This document shows positions 50,721 through 64,000 of a stretch of DNA of 64,000 nucleotides, one piece after another. The notes below the pieces were generated by a model that saw only the letters and a program-made list of their open reading frames with translations, was not told the origin of the DNA and did no database searches. The position numbers and the translations under genes were made by a program. This DNA is from Mobula birostris (lineage: Eukaryota): NCBI RefSeq assembly GCF_030028105.1, contig NC_092381.1:86000958-86064957 (forward strand), written 5' to 3'. The first letter of the stretch is position 1. Each line of letters starts with the position of its first letter.

Positions 50721-53329
50721 TTAGACTGGATTTCTAGTATTTACAGAATTAGTGGATTAGATCCCTAGACTTGTTGTAGGCCATGTTCTATAGACAAAAT
50801 TACAATATAATTTTGCAACACAGGCCTAAAATCAATTCTTCATTTTGTGCTTCTCTTCTAGCTCATCTTATTTCTGAACAATACTCTGGATCTTCAGACA
50901 ATTAAGTCAAAAAGACACCAATATTTTACAGAAGCAATTGTTTTTAAATTAAAATTTCATGGATTGCAATTTGGAAGAAAAAAAATCTACAACTAGGAAC
51001 CAGCAGAACCATAGAAGTGAAACGGTTAACACATACTTTTAAATATGCCAAAATTGCTATCTTCAGTCATGTTTCTTTACACGGCAGCAAAGCTTTGCTT
51101 CACTGTTAGTTAGCACAGGCCTTATTTTGATTTTCCTTATCTTTGGCACAATGGCGGTTTTTAATATTGTCAAGTTTCTTTGCCTGGAAAGATTTAGACT
51201 AACTCATGCTGATTAGAGTTCACAGAATGTATTGTAAAAAGTATTTTACTAAAGAGTGAGCACCTTTGACCAACACTAAAGCGCCTCAGTTCTATCTCAG
51301 CATTTTTTCTATGTCATCAGTAATTGTCTTGTGGCTGCACTGAGATAGTCAAAATTATCTAAATTTTAAACAAGGATTGAATTCATAACATCACAGATCT
51401 GAACATCTGCACAAAATCATTTTTTGGCTGCATGAACGGCCTTTAATCTTTGATTTGAAGAAAAACTTAACTTCCATTATATGAAGTAATTTATTTCAGC
51501 ACTGATCCTCATATCGGTGTTCAAGTGTAATCTTCTTTACTAATATCACTTCTACAATGATCTGTTGCAGATGGAGCAAAACTGACATTAATATGGTGTT
51601 ACCAACATAAAACAGTCTTCAGTGTTCAAGAGGCTTCCAGCTGGTATTGTCTCAATTACTCCTCCTTCCCCTTGCTCAGATCCAATTCCTCTCCAGGCCC
51701 CCTGCCCTTCTGCTGAACTTTGCTACATTTATGTTTTCCCCTCCCACACTCCCACCCAGATTTATCCAAATAGCCCACTTGGAATGAGACATGCTGAAAA
51801 CCCTATACACACCACAGCTGGAGAACTTTCTTGGACAGCAGATGAAACTTAACACAAAGAAACCAAAAACAAAAATTAGAAAACCACACTCTTGCAGAAA
51901 ATAAAGTCCTGCCGGTGGGGCCCTAAGATTTACTGGAAAACAACATGGATTGACTGACAAGTAGAATGGGGCAGATTTTGATTATGTGCACATGGAGAAT
52001 CTACTGGGAGGTAGTCACGAATTAAATCAGTTCCTTTGATCATTTTTATTGGATGAGATAACACTACTTAACACGGAAAACTTAACTGTATCAAGTAGAA
52101 TATAGAATTATGAAGAAATTCTTACTGTTCAATGCAATGCAGAAGTTAAACCTATTGTTAGCATTGCTAATTAATTTGAAACAAAAACAATACTGGCTCA
52201 GTCATCATTAAACTGAACTACCCATAAACCAAACTAGCTGTTCTTATGTGCTTAAGTATACCTAAACAAATGTAATGGCCCACGAGGAGCAGAAGACAAG
52301 TCAGTGCGACATAACGATGGCACAAAAACGAAGTTGCTCCTGTCTGTGTTATTCTTGGCACACTGTCACAGTCTAGTCTGGGTTGTAGGAAATGAAGGGA
52401 CAATGGTGCAGTGGGCAGGTCTAACTAGTGTTTAAAGAACAAAATACTAATAAAATATTACGGGAGGCATAGATTCTGAGGAAGTGCTCAATTGGTAAGC
52501 TGTGCAGTTTGAGAAAATAAAGTCAATTACTGTAGTTAAAATGAACCCTTTTAAGCAAATAGTTGCCACTGGCACACCAACCTGGCTTTACAACTAAAAT
52601 ACTTCAGAAACACTAGTTTTTAAAATGCATGCAACAGGACACAACATTGACAGTGAAGGAATAGAAATAGAAGCAGGGTGGCTTCTCTGCTCTTCTCCAA
52701 AATACTGATCCGGGATCTGCTGCGTGCCCAAGAATAGCACTGATCACAGTGTGATGTCTCATTCCAAGAGACGCAGAAACATTAGTTAAGGTTGTGTGCC
52801 TAAGTCTCGGAAACACAGCAAGTTTGGGCATACAATCTTGACTAATCCTGAAACATAATGACTCAGAACCAAACATACACTTTGGAGCCTGACTCAGTGG
52901 ATTCTGCACAAGATCTCTCGCTTTTCCTACTGCTCCATGAATGCAATCTGAAGTAGTACAATATCCTTATCATTCCTGCATGCTATCGCCATGTTCCAAA
53001 GCACATGCAGGAACAGCACAAACAGCTTCTGTTGATGCAGTAGAGGCCATCCATCACACCTGCATCATGCCAATCAGTAGAATTGTCTCAGATACGTTGC
53101 ATGCATGATCAGTGTTTAATAGGCTGGAATTAGCTTGCTCATTGTTCAAACCAAGAATGTTTATTTTCACTTTGAGGTCTTTTGATCAGCTATTGACCAA
53201 ACATCCACATAAAACAGGCTGATTATTGTACTTCAGTACAGGCACATGTACGTTACCAAAAGCTTATTAGAATTATCCCATGTAAATGAAGAAAAATTTA
53301 GGTAACTAAATACCATGATTTCCATTAGC

Positions 53330-54900
53330 TTTGAGATAATTATATCGAGTTTCGAGAGGGATAGGACTGGTTCTCGGGTTAAGATTCTAAACTGCAAGGG
53401 GGCCAATTTTGATCACATCAGATGGACCAAACAGCTGTGGATTGGAACAGGCTTGTTTACGTCAAAGACACGCTTGGCAAGTGGGAGGTTTTCAGAAGCA
53501 AAATATTGAGAGTACAGAATCAGTATGCTCCTGTTAGAATAAAAGTCAAGGATAACAGGTTTAGGAAACCTTGGTTAGAGAGATATAGAGAGCCCTAGTA
53601 AAGAAAAAGGAGGCACATAATTAGATACAAGTAGTTATGATGAAATGAAGCACATGAAGTGCAAGAAAACATTAAAGAAATCGGGAGGGCTAAAAGAGGA
53701 CATGAGGTTTGTCTGGCAGACCAGATGAAACAGAATCTCAGGGGCTACTAGAGGCCCTCCGTTAGTTGTGGTTGACCATGGATAATGCATTCTAGCAGCC
53801 CAAATTATCAGTCAACCAGGGAAGTACGATATGGAGAGTAAGCAGGCTGTTGCCCATGCAGCAGGATTCCCCTCCATACAGCTGATGAATCCAAAGGATT
53901 TTTTTTTTTAAAAAACCATGCACCTCCAAGTACCCTGAAACCTTATCTTTAATAATAGACTCTAACTACTGAGTCAGGCTAACTTGCGTACAATTCCTTC
54001 CTTCTTAAAGAGTGGGGTGACATTTGCAATTTTCCACTCTTCTAGAACCATTCCAGAATCTAGTGACTCTTGAAAGATCATTACCAATGTCTCCACAGTC
54101 TCTTTAGCTGTCTCCTTCAGAACCCTGGGATGTAGCCCACCTGTTCCAAGTGACTTACCTATATTCAAGACCTTTCAACTTCCCAAGCACCCTCCCCCGT
54201 AGTAATAGCAACTACACTCACTTCTGCCTCCTGACACTTTCACATTTCTGACATACTTCTAGTGTCTTCCAGTGAAGACTGATGCAAGATACCCAAGTTC
54301 ATTCACTATTACTTTGTCCTACGTTACTGCTTCTCCAGTGTCATTTCCAGCAGTCTGATATTCACTCTTGCCTCTTACACTTTATAAATCTGAAATCTTT
54401 TTGTATTCTTGGCTAGTTTACCTTTATATTTCTATGGATTTTTAAGTTGAGTTCTGTTGGTTTTTAAAAACTTCTAAATCTAACTTCCCACTAAATTTTC
54501 CTACATTATATCCCCTCTCTTTTGCTTTTATGCTGTCTTGGACTTCCTTTGTCAGCCACAGTTGCCTCATCCTCCCTTTAGAATACTTCATCATTGGGAT
54601 AGATCTATCCTGCTGCTTCTGAATTGCCCACAGAAATTATAGCCATTGCTGTTCTGCAGTTTCTTAACTCTACCCACAAGGATTCCACATCTTCCAATCC
54701 GATGTCACCTTGAAGGATTTGATTTCTTTTTAAAAAGAAAAACACAAAAAAGCCACCCCACCCCCTCTGCCTACCAACCTGTCCTTTTGATACAGTGTAT
54801 CCTTGGATGTTAAGCTCCCAATCATGATCTTCTTTCAGCCACATCTCAGTGATGCCGACCTCATACTTGCCAATCTCCAATTGTACCATGAGAACATAGA
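53330..54900. mobile_element. CR1 fragments in both orientations (+ about 53330-53760; - about 53960-54900)
   Basis: KILNCKGANFD on +; GLHPRVLKE...WKIANVTPLFKK and VGITEMWLKEDHDWELNIQGY on -. Confidence 0.7.
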
Positions 54901-54959
54901 CCTTATTTCATATTCTACATATACCAGGCTGGCACAGACTAGACATAGTCTAGAGTGTC

Positions 54960-55620
54960 ATTGTGATTTGAGGTGTTTATGATTATGATTATGAGGACAC
55001 ACAGTCCCCTTTTGTCATCATTTAGTAATGCATGCATTAAGAAATGATAAAATATTTTTCCAGAATGATATCATGAAAACACATAACAAACCGACTTAAA
55101 AACTAACAAAAACCACATAATTATAACATATAGTTACAACAGTGCAAAGTAATACCGTAATTTCATAAGATCAGACCATGGCACAGTAAAAGTCTCAAAG
55201 TCTCTCAAAAGTTCCATCATCTCACGCAGACGATAAACATCCAGCACCGCCAACTTGCCGATACAGCATCCTGGAAGCATCCAACCACAGTCCGACTCAG
55301 AGTCTGTCCGAAAAACTCCGAGCCTCCGACCACCTCCCGACACCGAGCACAGAGCACCATCTCTGCCGAGCATTCCAACCCTGGCCCCAGCAACAGGCGA
55401 TACGCAAAGCTGAGGATTTGGGGCCTTCATCTCCGGAGATCCTCGATCGCACAGTAGCAGCGACAGCGAAGCAGGCATTTCAGAAGTTACTTCAGATGTT
55501 CCTCTGCACTTCTCACGGCTGTCTCCAGATTGTGCACGGCCCCCTAGTTAAAAGTATTGCCATCATTCAGAATGGCTGCGCACGCTGCATCGCACTGCCA
55601 TCTTCTCCTCCCTCCCTTTG
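54960..55620 (-). mobile_element. CpG-rich non-coding 3' end of a retroelement, family not assigned
   Basis: Short-repeat tail (ATGATT)n at about 54980, a GT-rich 3' UTR on the minus strand and an abrupt CpG-rich block at 55220-55600. Confidence 0.45.
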
Positions 55621-58589
55621 ATGTACAAGTATCATGATTGCCTTTGTCCAAGTTAATATTTCATGATCAAAACTAACTACTCGCAAGTTATCACATCAGT
55701 TTTGGAAAACTGAGTCAAGTTTGATTCACCTTAGCTAGATCCTCATATTAGCTGCTCTGACAGTAGCCTTCCAAACCTCTAATAAGACCATAAGCTATAG
55801 GAGCAGAATAGGCTATTCAGCCCAGAGCCTGCTCCAGCATGGCTAATTCATTTCCCTCTCAGCTGCAATCTCCTGCCTTCTCCCCATAACTCTTCATAAT
55901 CAAGAATTTATCAACCTCTGCCTTAAATGTACTCAATGACTTGGCCTCCACGGCTGCCTGTGACAACAAATTCCGTACATTCACCATTTTCTGACTAAGG
56001 AAGTTCATGTATCTATCCAAACTCCTCTTAGAATGTTGCAACTGAACCTTCATCTTGATCTTCACATTGATCTGCTCTGGCTCCTCAATACCCAAGCATG
56101 AAGCTATTGGAAGTTAATCAAGGATCAGGAATAAACTCCAGATCTGAGGGAATATATAATCTTTTAATTCAATATTCCTGTTCAAATTGCATTGTTTCTC
56201 TTAATGTAACCGCACTGCGGGAGCGGCAACTCGAGAAATGTTAACTGCCGGATATGCATATTAGAAAGTGTCATCTTCAGTCTTTCACAACTCGGTACCA
56301 AAAATAACTTTCAATTGTTCTACACATGGTGGATTACAAGCCATTTTGCTTCACAAATAGGATTTGGAGATCCTGCTCCTTTTTAAAAAAAAGCACACTT
56401 TTGATCAATACTTTCTGAACAGTTAACCGTTAGGACTACCACTATCAATGAAGCACCAAGAGGGAAAACAAACACAGACCATCTTGGATAGATATACTTC
56501 ACATATTACTGTGAATTTTTTCCCCCATCTGCATCTCCTGTTTATTACAATAACTTAATAACACTCCCTCATGTCAAAGGAAATCCTGAAGTAAATGTTT
56601 GCATTGTAGGACCAAACGTACTTCAGATGGCTCATAAAAAACAGTTCCTGGCTCGTATTACATTTAGAGGTACCAGCTGCCAAAATTTACATAGTCTTTT
56701 CAGGCTTCTATGCTAGCCTTTCCCAGCAAAACTAAAACAAATTTTCACTATATGCTTCTGGATACAATTAAAGAGCAACAATTTTGTATTTGAAAATAAC
56801 ATGGATTTGTATTTGGAATTCTTCATTTTGTAAGTGTCTCCATTTACTTAAGAATCCAATAGGACTACTAAGAAATGGATCAACTACTCAAACACAAAAT
56901 TCTGAAGACCAGAAGATGATGTCAGCTGAGCAGCAGATACCTATAGCGTGTGTTCAGCATCAAATGGAAAACCATTAGAATCAGTCTTGCCTGGAGACAA
57001 AACTTGTCATGATGTGCACTGGCAATGTTGGAATCCAAATGTGGAGAAAAGATGGACTCCCATGTAGAGATGGTGACCAAAGTTTATTCATCAGAATTCT
57101 GACAGATCATTGATGGCTCGGCCGAGTGATACCATGAAATTTAACATTTTCAAAACTAAGACACTGATTAGCTCTAATCGGGTGTCTGCTTAGGTAATAG
57201 GACACAGAATTCCTGCGCCTATCAAAATAAACTTAAATTTAAAGAGAAACCACCCGGAGACCATATTACACAGTGCGAGTCACTCAAGAAAAACACAAAC
57301 GATTAACAACTCTTGTTAAATAATTAACCAATTCAGTTTCTCTAAAAACCTTGGAGCCCAGCACTCTCTGGCTCCCCACACAGGCCCAGAAAGCTCATTG
57401 CAAGATTCAGTCTATCAGTTCAGGAAGAATACAGAAATTGTGTGAAGCACAATATTATAGCAATTCACATGCATATAATGTATATTGTGGGCAGTAGTTC
57501 TGACATACAGATTTGCATATTTTAAGTCAAAGGTCCATGCCGGTTGCATTCTACACATTTGCTTTGAATAAACAATGAAAGAGTAGTTTCAATATTGGCA
57601 AGTAGTAAAAAAAAGTCCACAAAACTCTCATTAAATTTACAATTAGCTACAGCATTTCTGAGTTCAGGTATTGAATAACTCAGTGAACCTGGGAAATCTG
57701 CCAAGGGCAGATCCAGCGGATTGATGACCATACATGCTGCTGTAAAGAACTAACTTCCCAATTAATATCCCGATTTTTAACCATGAACCCATCATGACTG
57801 AATAAAATGAAGCCACAACAGCCCAGCATTCAGTAATTCCTTCAAATGTGGCCCGGACTATAGATTAGCAATTAGCTGAACTTGTGTAAGTAGCCGGCAG
57901 CTCAGGATTTCAAACTGAAATAGAAAAATGCAAGACCAGAATTGTTTTTTGTATATTTGAAACAGCAACCCAATCACAAAGTTTGAGAAAGTGACATTTT
58001 TCATTATTAGCTCTGATCTGAATCTTCAGAAAATCAGCCGACCCTCTATTCCAAAACAATATGCCAGAATGGAAAAAAATATCTGGCAGCTTGTTCAATC
58101 TGCTCATCTGCCCAACATTCCTATGACAATTTGTTCAAAACGGCAGCATTCAAAAGCTTCTGGTAACTCAAATGAACATCTGCAAACCACATTAATGATT
58201 ATTCAAACCTAAAATGGAAGCCAATTGAGAGTTTAAGATTTGAAGTGCTGGTTGTTTCTGATGTAAACTCATCTTACAATTGACAACATTCCTGCATTAT
58301 TGATCATATGCTTGTTTGCAAATATCAAGATTGCTCCATGTCCTGTCAACTCTTCCTTCTCCAATTCCAATTGAAATTGTGTGATTAAGAATACAGTTAA
58401 CAGGCAGAAGCCAACAAAATGCAGATGAGGGTCATTTTAGTGTTCCTTTACAGAGAATTAAACTGACCATAAATGGTTCAATTGATGCACGAGTGCTTCA
58501 CAAGGTCAGTTAAAACAAGATGAATGTGTAATTGGGGGAGGGTAAGGAAAACAAAAACTGATGTTGAAAAGAGGAAGTAATGTTATAAC

Positions 58590-60660
58590 AAACAGCATCA
58601 GCACCATCTGATTCACTTGTCTATTCAATGTCCCCCCACAAGTGACAAATGCTACACCTGCCCATTCACCTCCTCCCTTATCTCTACTCAGAGCCCCAAA
58701 CAGACCTTCCAGTTGAATCAACACTTTACCTATGAATCTGTTTGGGTTGTCTATTACATCCTGTAATCCCAATGTGGTCTTCTCTACACTTTGTGACCCA
58801 ACGTAAATTAGGGGACTGTTTGTCAAGCACCTCCACTCCATCCACCCAAAGTGCAATTTCCCCAGTGGCCAATTATTTTAATTCCCATCTCCATTCTCAT
58901 TCTGACCTGTTGGTCCATGGTTTCCTCCTTTGCCACAATGAGGCCACTCTCAGGGTGGAGAAGCAATACCTCATTCTGTCTAGGTCACCGCCAACCCGAT
59001 GGCATGAACATCAAATTCTCTTTCCAGTAATTTCCACCCCCTCCCCCCTTCTTGTATTCCCCACTCTGGCCTCTTCTCTCTTTCCCCTGATGCTCCTTCT
59101 CCTTCCCTCTCTCCCATGGTCCACTCTCCTCAAAGTAAATTTTATCAGAAGTAAATGCATGTCACCATATACAACCAGAGATTCATTTTTTCGTGAGCAT
59201 ACATACTCAATAAATCTATAGAATGACTATATCAGATTCAATGAAGACCATCCGTCTAGGGTGTTCAGCATGCAGAAGACAAACTGAGCAAATGCAACAA
59301 AAGCTATAAATAAGCAATAAATATCAAGAACCTGAGATGAAGAGTCCTTGAAAGTGAGTCCGTTTGGTGTGGGAACACTTCGAAGAAGGGGCAAGTGAAG
59401 TTGATTGAAATTATCCCATTTGGTTCAAGAGCCTGATGGTTGAGGGGTAGTAACTGTACCTGAACCTGGTGTTGGGAGTCCCAAAGCTCTTCTTACTGAT
59501 GGCAGCAGTGAGAAAGAGCCCTCCATCTGGTGGTGGTGGTGGGCGGGGGGGGGGTACCTGATGATGGATGCCACTTTCCCGCTAGAGTGTTTCATTCCAA
59601 GCTAGGCTGTGATGCCGCCACTCAACATACTCTCTACAGAAGCTCGTTAAAGTTTTACAGATCATACTAAATTTCTACAAACTCCTAAGGAAGTAGAGGT
59701 GCTGCTGTGGTTTCTTTGTAATTGCACACAAGGACTAGTCCTCTGAAATAATAGCACTTTAGGAATTTAAAGTTGCTAACCCTCTCCACCTCTGATCCTT
59801 CTCTGAGGACTGGCTCATGGATTTGTGATTTCCTTTTCTTGAAGTCTATAATCATCTCCTTGGTCTTGCTGACATTGGGTGAGATGATGTTGTTAAGACA
59901 ACACTCTGCCAGATTTTCAATCTCTGTCCTGTAAACTGATTCATCATCTTTCATTGGGCCTATGACTGTGGTGTCATCAGCAAACCTGAATATGGCACTG
60001 AAGCTGTGCTTAGCCACGCAGTCACAAGTATAAAGCAAGTAGAACAGGGGACTAAACAGTCTTACGGTGCACTGATAGGGACCATGGAGATGTTGTTGCC
60101 AATCTGAACTGACTGGGGTGCAAGTGATGAAATTCAGAATCCAATTGCACATGGAGGTATTGGGGTCAAGATATTGAAGCCAATTGAATAGTTTTGAGGG
60201 GATGATGGCATTGAGCTGTAATTGATAGAGAGCATTCTGATGTACACATTTTTGCTGTCCAGGTGTTCCAGGGTTGAACGAAGAGCCAATGAGCTGGCAT
60301 CAGTTGTGGATCTGTTGTACCGGTAGGCAAATTGGAGCAGATCCAAGTCAATTCTCAGGCAGGAGTTGATAGATTTCATCACCAACCTTTCAAAACACTT
60401 CCTCACTGTGGATCTATGTGTTTCTGGGTGATAGAACAGGATGCCTCAATGACCATCAGGTTCCTTCTCCAGCCCGTTACCTTTATCACTAACCTGGCTT
60501 CACCTATCACTTTCTAGCTCGTCCTCCTTCACCTTTTCTTTTTATGCTGGCGTCTTCCCCGTTCCTTTCCAGTCCTGGAGAAGGGCTTCAGCCCAAAACA
60601 GACTATTTATTCATTTCATAGATGTTGCCTGACCTATTGAGTTCTTGGAGTATTTTGTGT
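58590..60660 (+). mobile_element. PLE 3' fragment split by a minus-strand Rex1-like LINE (about 59140-60420)
   Basis: PLE GIY-YIG and pyrimidine-rich region at 58590-59140 resumes at about 60460-60660. Between them the minus strand reads KCFERLVMK..DLLQFAY and FRFADDTTVIG. Confidence 0.7.
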
Positions 60661-62297
60661 GTTAAGCAGCATCAGCTTACCATTTGAACAAAATGTACAA
60701 AGCAATGTGAAGAATGCTGCTGCCAAGACATTCCTGGGATAGCTGTACCTTAAGGCAAGAGGGCACCACTAACTTGGGAGTATTATGGCATCAAGGAAGA
60801 CCTAATGACGGATTAAAATGAAGTCTCTAGTAAGTATCAATTTAATTCTTCTGCTCACCCCACACCCCTCCAAATAGTGTTATCAATTTTGTAAACCTTT
60901 CTATATACAGTACAAATTGAAATATCCCCAAGTAGTTTTTCTTAGATCTTTGTTAATTTGCAAGTTAAATGGATTTCATTTAAATACTCTCCAAATTCTC
61001 AGCTTTTACACATGTTCTCTCCCCTACCTACAAATATCGAAAGATAAAAGCAGGAACAGGTTGCACAATTGATGTTTTTAACAAGTACTAAAATTAAATG
61101 AACAGGACAGGAAGTTCCACTTAGAAAGAACTTTAGTCAGACCAACAGTACTACATACTCCCTCCCTTCACCACAAGTGATGGAAATTTGACTAGAATGG
61201 GACAAAGGAAGGAGTTTTGTCACACGTCATTGATGTGCGTTTCAGAGAGACACTGAGGAAAATCAAAGCATTTCAGATCCGCACATCAACAATGCTGCTG
61301 TCTTAGAACTGCCCTAGCAGTGGAAAGCATTTGATAAATTCCTGCTCCACAAGTGAATGTCAGTCTAGTTCTCACGTCCAAAGTTCTATTTACACCACAT
61401 AATTTTCCCCAAAGTATTAATTTGGCACATATCATATTTCACAGTCTCCATCTTAAATCCATCACGGATTTCCTCTATTCAATTTCTCCAGAATTAATAT
61501 ACAACTACCAGCAATAACGTTGCACAATTCATACAGGAATTGCAGTTCTTCCCCCTCATGCACAGGTTAAAGGGCAGAACTGAAGTGTGGCAATAACAGG
61601 GTTCAAGCAAATACATTCATTTTAAGGGCTACCATGTGCTTCCTAGAATTCACACTTTAACTTACTAAAGACTGTAACAAGTTTTTAAACATTTGAAACA
61701 GACACTCAAACAATTGAATTGACAGCTTTCACGACCAACAAGGGAGAGAGGCATGGCTCAGTAAGATACCAAAAAGTGATCTGAGGGCAGATTAGGTTGA
61801 TACTGGCTTTATCTAGATATCATGGGTAGGGAGGCAGCGTGCCTGGGAATTCCAAACTGAGTATTTTAGAGAAAATGAAGTTTAACATCAAATACACTCC
61901 CTGAAGTAACAATTTCTATCATCACCATTTCCCTGGGACATATGTATCACTCCAGACAGCTCGTTTTAGAATCTTATTCTTGCAGTTTATATGCCCCTTC
62001 ACAACATTGAGAAATAGACATGGAATAAAGACAATATTCACTTTCCCAATGGAGCTTTTACATCTCCAGAAAAGGTTTTCACTGAGATGTTAGACAAGTG
62101 CTTTTGAAAAACTCATTTATCTGCAGATGAACCCAAAAAGGTAATTTTAATGAGAATTTTCCCCTCTTGCCAATGTAATTGTGTCACAATATTCATGCTT
62201 CACTCATGTCCAATACACAGAACTATGAAAAAGTCTTAAAAAAATATATATATATCATACCCAAGACATTTGCACAGTACTGTGGTAATTTATGTAT

Positions 62298-63785
62298 TAC
62301 AGTACCTATAAAAAGTATTCTCCCCCTTAGAAGTTATGTTTTATTATTTTACAACTTTGAATCACAGTGGATTTAATTTGGCTTTTCTGACACTGATCAA
62401 TAGAAAAAGACTTTCATGTCAAAGTGAAAACAGATCTCTATGAAGTGATCCAAATTAATTACAAATAAAAAAACACAAAGAAATTGATTACATAGGTATT
62501 CACCCGTAATATGACACAGCAAATCATTACTGGTACAGCCATCTGGCTTTACAAGTCACATAATTAATTAAACGGAGATCTGTCTTTGGAGATCTGTGTG
62601 CAGTCGAAGTGGCTCAATTAGTTGTGGTAATAATATGCCTGTATCTGAAATGTCCAACTGCTGCTGAGCCAGTATTCCGGCAAAAACTACACTATGAAGA
62701 AAAAGAATACTCTAAGCAACTCTGTGAAAAGGATATTGGAAAGCACAAGTCAGGAGATGGATACAAGAAAATTTCCAAGTCATTAAATATCCCTTGGAGT
62801 ACAGTTAAGTCAATGATCAAGAAATGGAAAGAATATGGCACAGCTGTAAATCTGCCTCGAGCAGGCCATCCTCAAAAACTGAGTGACTGTGCAAGAAGGG
62901 TACTAGTGAGGGAGGTCACCAAGAGACCTGTGATAATGCTGGAGGAGTTGCAAGCTTCAGTGGCTAAGATGGGAGAGACTGCACACACAGCAACTGTTGC
63001 CCGGGTGCTTCACCAGTCATAGCTTTATGGGAGAGTGGCAAAGAGAAAGCCACTGTTGGAAAAATAAACTCACATGTAATCTCAGCTAGGGCTTGCCAGA
63101 AAGCACGTGGGAGACTCTGAAGTCGGCTGGAAGGCAGCTCATGGTTTGACAAAACCAAAATTGAGCTTTTTGGCCAAGAGACTAAACATCAAAAACACAC
63201 CATCCTTATTGTGAAGCATGCTGGTGGCTGCATCATGCTGTGGGGATGCTTCTCTGCAACAGGCCTTTGGAAGGCTTGTGAAGGTAGAGGGTAAAATGAA
63301 TGCAGCAAAATACCGGGAAATACTGGAAGAAAACTTGATGCAGTCTGCAAGAGAACTGCGACTTGGGAGAAGATTTGTTTCCCAGAATGATGACCCAAAA
63401 CATAAAGCCAAAGCTACACAGGAATGGCCTAAAAACAAAGTTAATATCCTGGAGTGGCCAAGTCAGAGTCCAGATCTCAATCACTCATGATCCCCATGCA
63501 ATCTGACAGAGCTTGAGCAGTTTTGTAAAAAGAATAGGGAAAAATTGCAGTGTCCAGATGTGCAAAGCTGATAGACACCTATCCACACAGACTTAAGGGT
63601 GTAATTGCTGCCAAAAGTGCTTCTACTAAATACTAACTTGAACGTGGTGAGTAATCATTCAATCAATTATTTTGTGTTTTATATTTGTAATTAATTTAGA
63701 TCACTTTGTAAAGATCTGTTTTTACTTTGACATGAAATTGTCTTTTTCTGTTAATCAGTATCAAAAAAATCCCAAATCAAATCTA
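62298..63785 (+). mobile_element. Defective Tc1/mariner transposon with long TIRs
   Basis: Left TIR starts (TA)CAGTACCTATAAAAAGTATTC; 62421-62505 is mirrored at about 63646-63740. Transposase HTH (KKISKSLNIPWSTVKS) and catalytic motifs ([35 protein letters not shown]) are broken by stops and frameshifts. The right end is cut by a SINE. Confidence 0.88.
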
Positions 63786-64000
63786 GGGCACTATGGTAGT
63801 GTATCGTTAGTGCAATGCTAATACAGCTTGAGGTGTTCTGGAGTTCAGAGTTCGACCCTGGCACCATTCTGTAACGAGTCTCTTTATACGTGGGTTTTCT
63901 CTGGTCCTCCGGTTTCCACCCACAATCCAAAGACTAAGTTAATTAGTCTGTAAATTGTCCCATGATTAGGTTAGGGTTAATTGTGTTTGCCAGGGCGGTG
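63785..64000 (+). mobile_element. tRNA-derived SINE (runs to the window edge)
   Basis: Box A-like TGGTAGTGTATCG and box B-like GAGTTCGACCC, with a typical SINE body. Confidence 0.65.

Noticed and set aside
53860-53910. CTGATGA core in a repeat fragment
   Set aside because: No stem II, GAAA or NUH follows; the sequence breaks into a T/A run.
60677-60760. Possible 68-nt minus-strand exon (TTAAG|...ATG|GTAAGC)
   Set aside because: Weak pyrimidine tract and no recognisable peptide in any frame.
36142-64000. ARPC5 exons, expected downstream of APOBEC4 from human synteny
   Set aside because: I found no ARPC5-like coding sequence (MSKNT..., FRKVDVDEYDEN) by eye; it is probably outside the window.

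Overview
A 64-kb vertebrate window, most likely from a cartilaginous fish (inferred from the CR1/Rex1/Penelope repeat mix; the species cannot be fixed from sequence alone). It holds one clear protein-coding gene: an intact APOBEC4 coding exon (+, 35029-36141) with a splice acceptor, a strong Kozak context, two uORFs and the HxE...PC-x6-C zinc motif. Much of the rest is decayed transposable elements: a three-level nest at 8.4-18.6 kb (a Gypsy inside a Gypsy, with a mini Penelope-like element carrying an intact minimal hammerhead ribozyme inside the inner one), a near-full-length Penelope-like element with a 5' inversion (29.1-32.5 kb), a solo LTR with a perfect TSD, CR1-in-CR1 nesting, Rex1/Babar-like and CR1 fragments, MITEs, tRNA-derived SINEs and a defective Tc1. 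Two minus-strand exon candidates (2573-2691, 22547-22595) may belong to a host gene; RGL1 is expected from human synteny, but this is unproven. Most ORF-track entries are TE remnants or noise. I found no convincing new multi-gene system. TE boundaries without a stated TSD or TIR are approximate.
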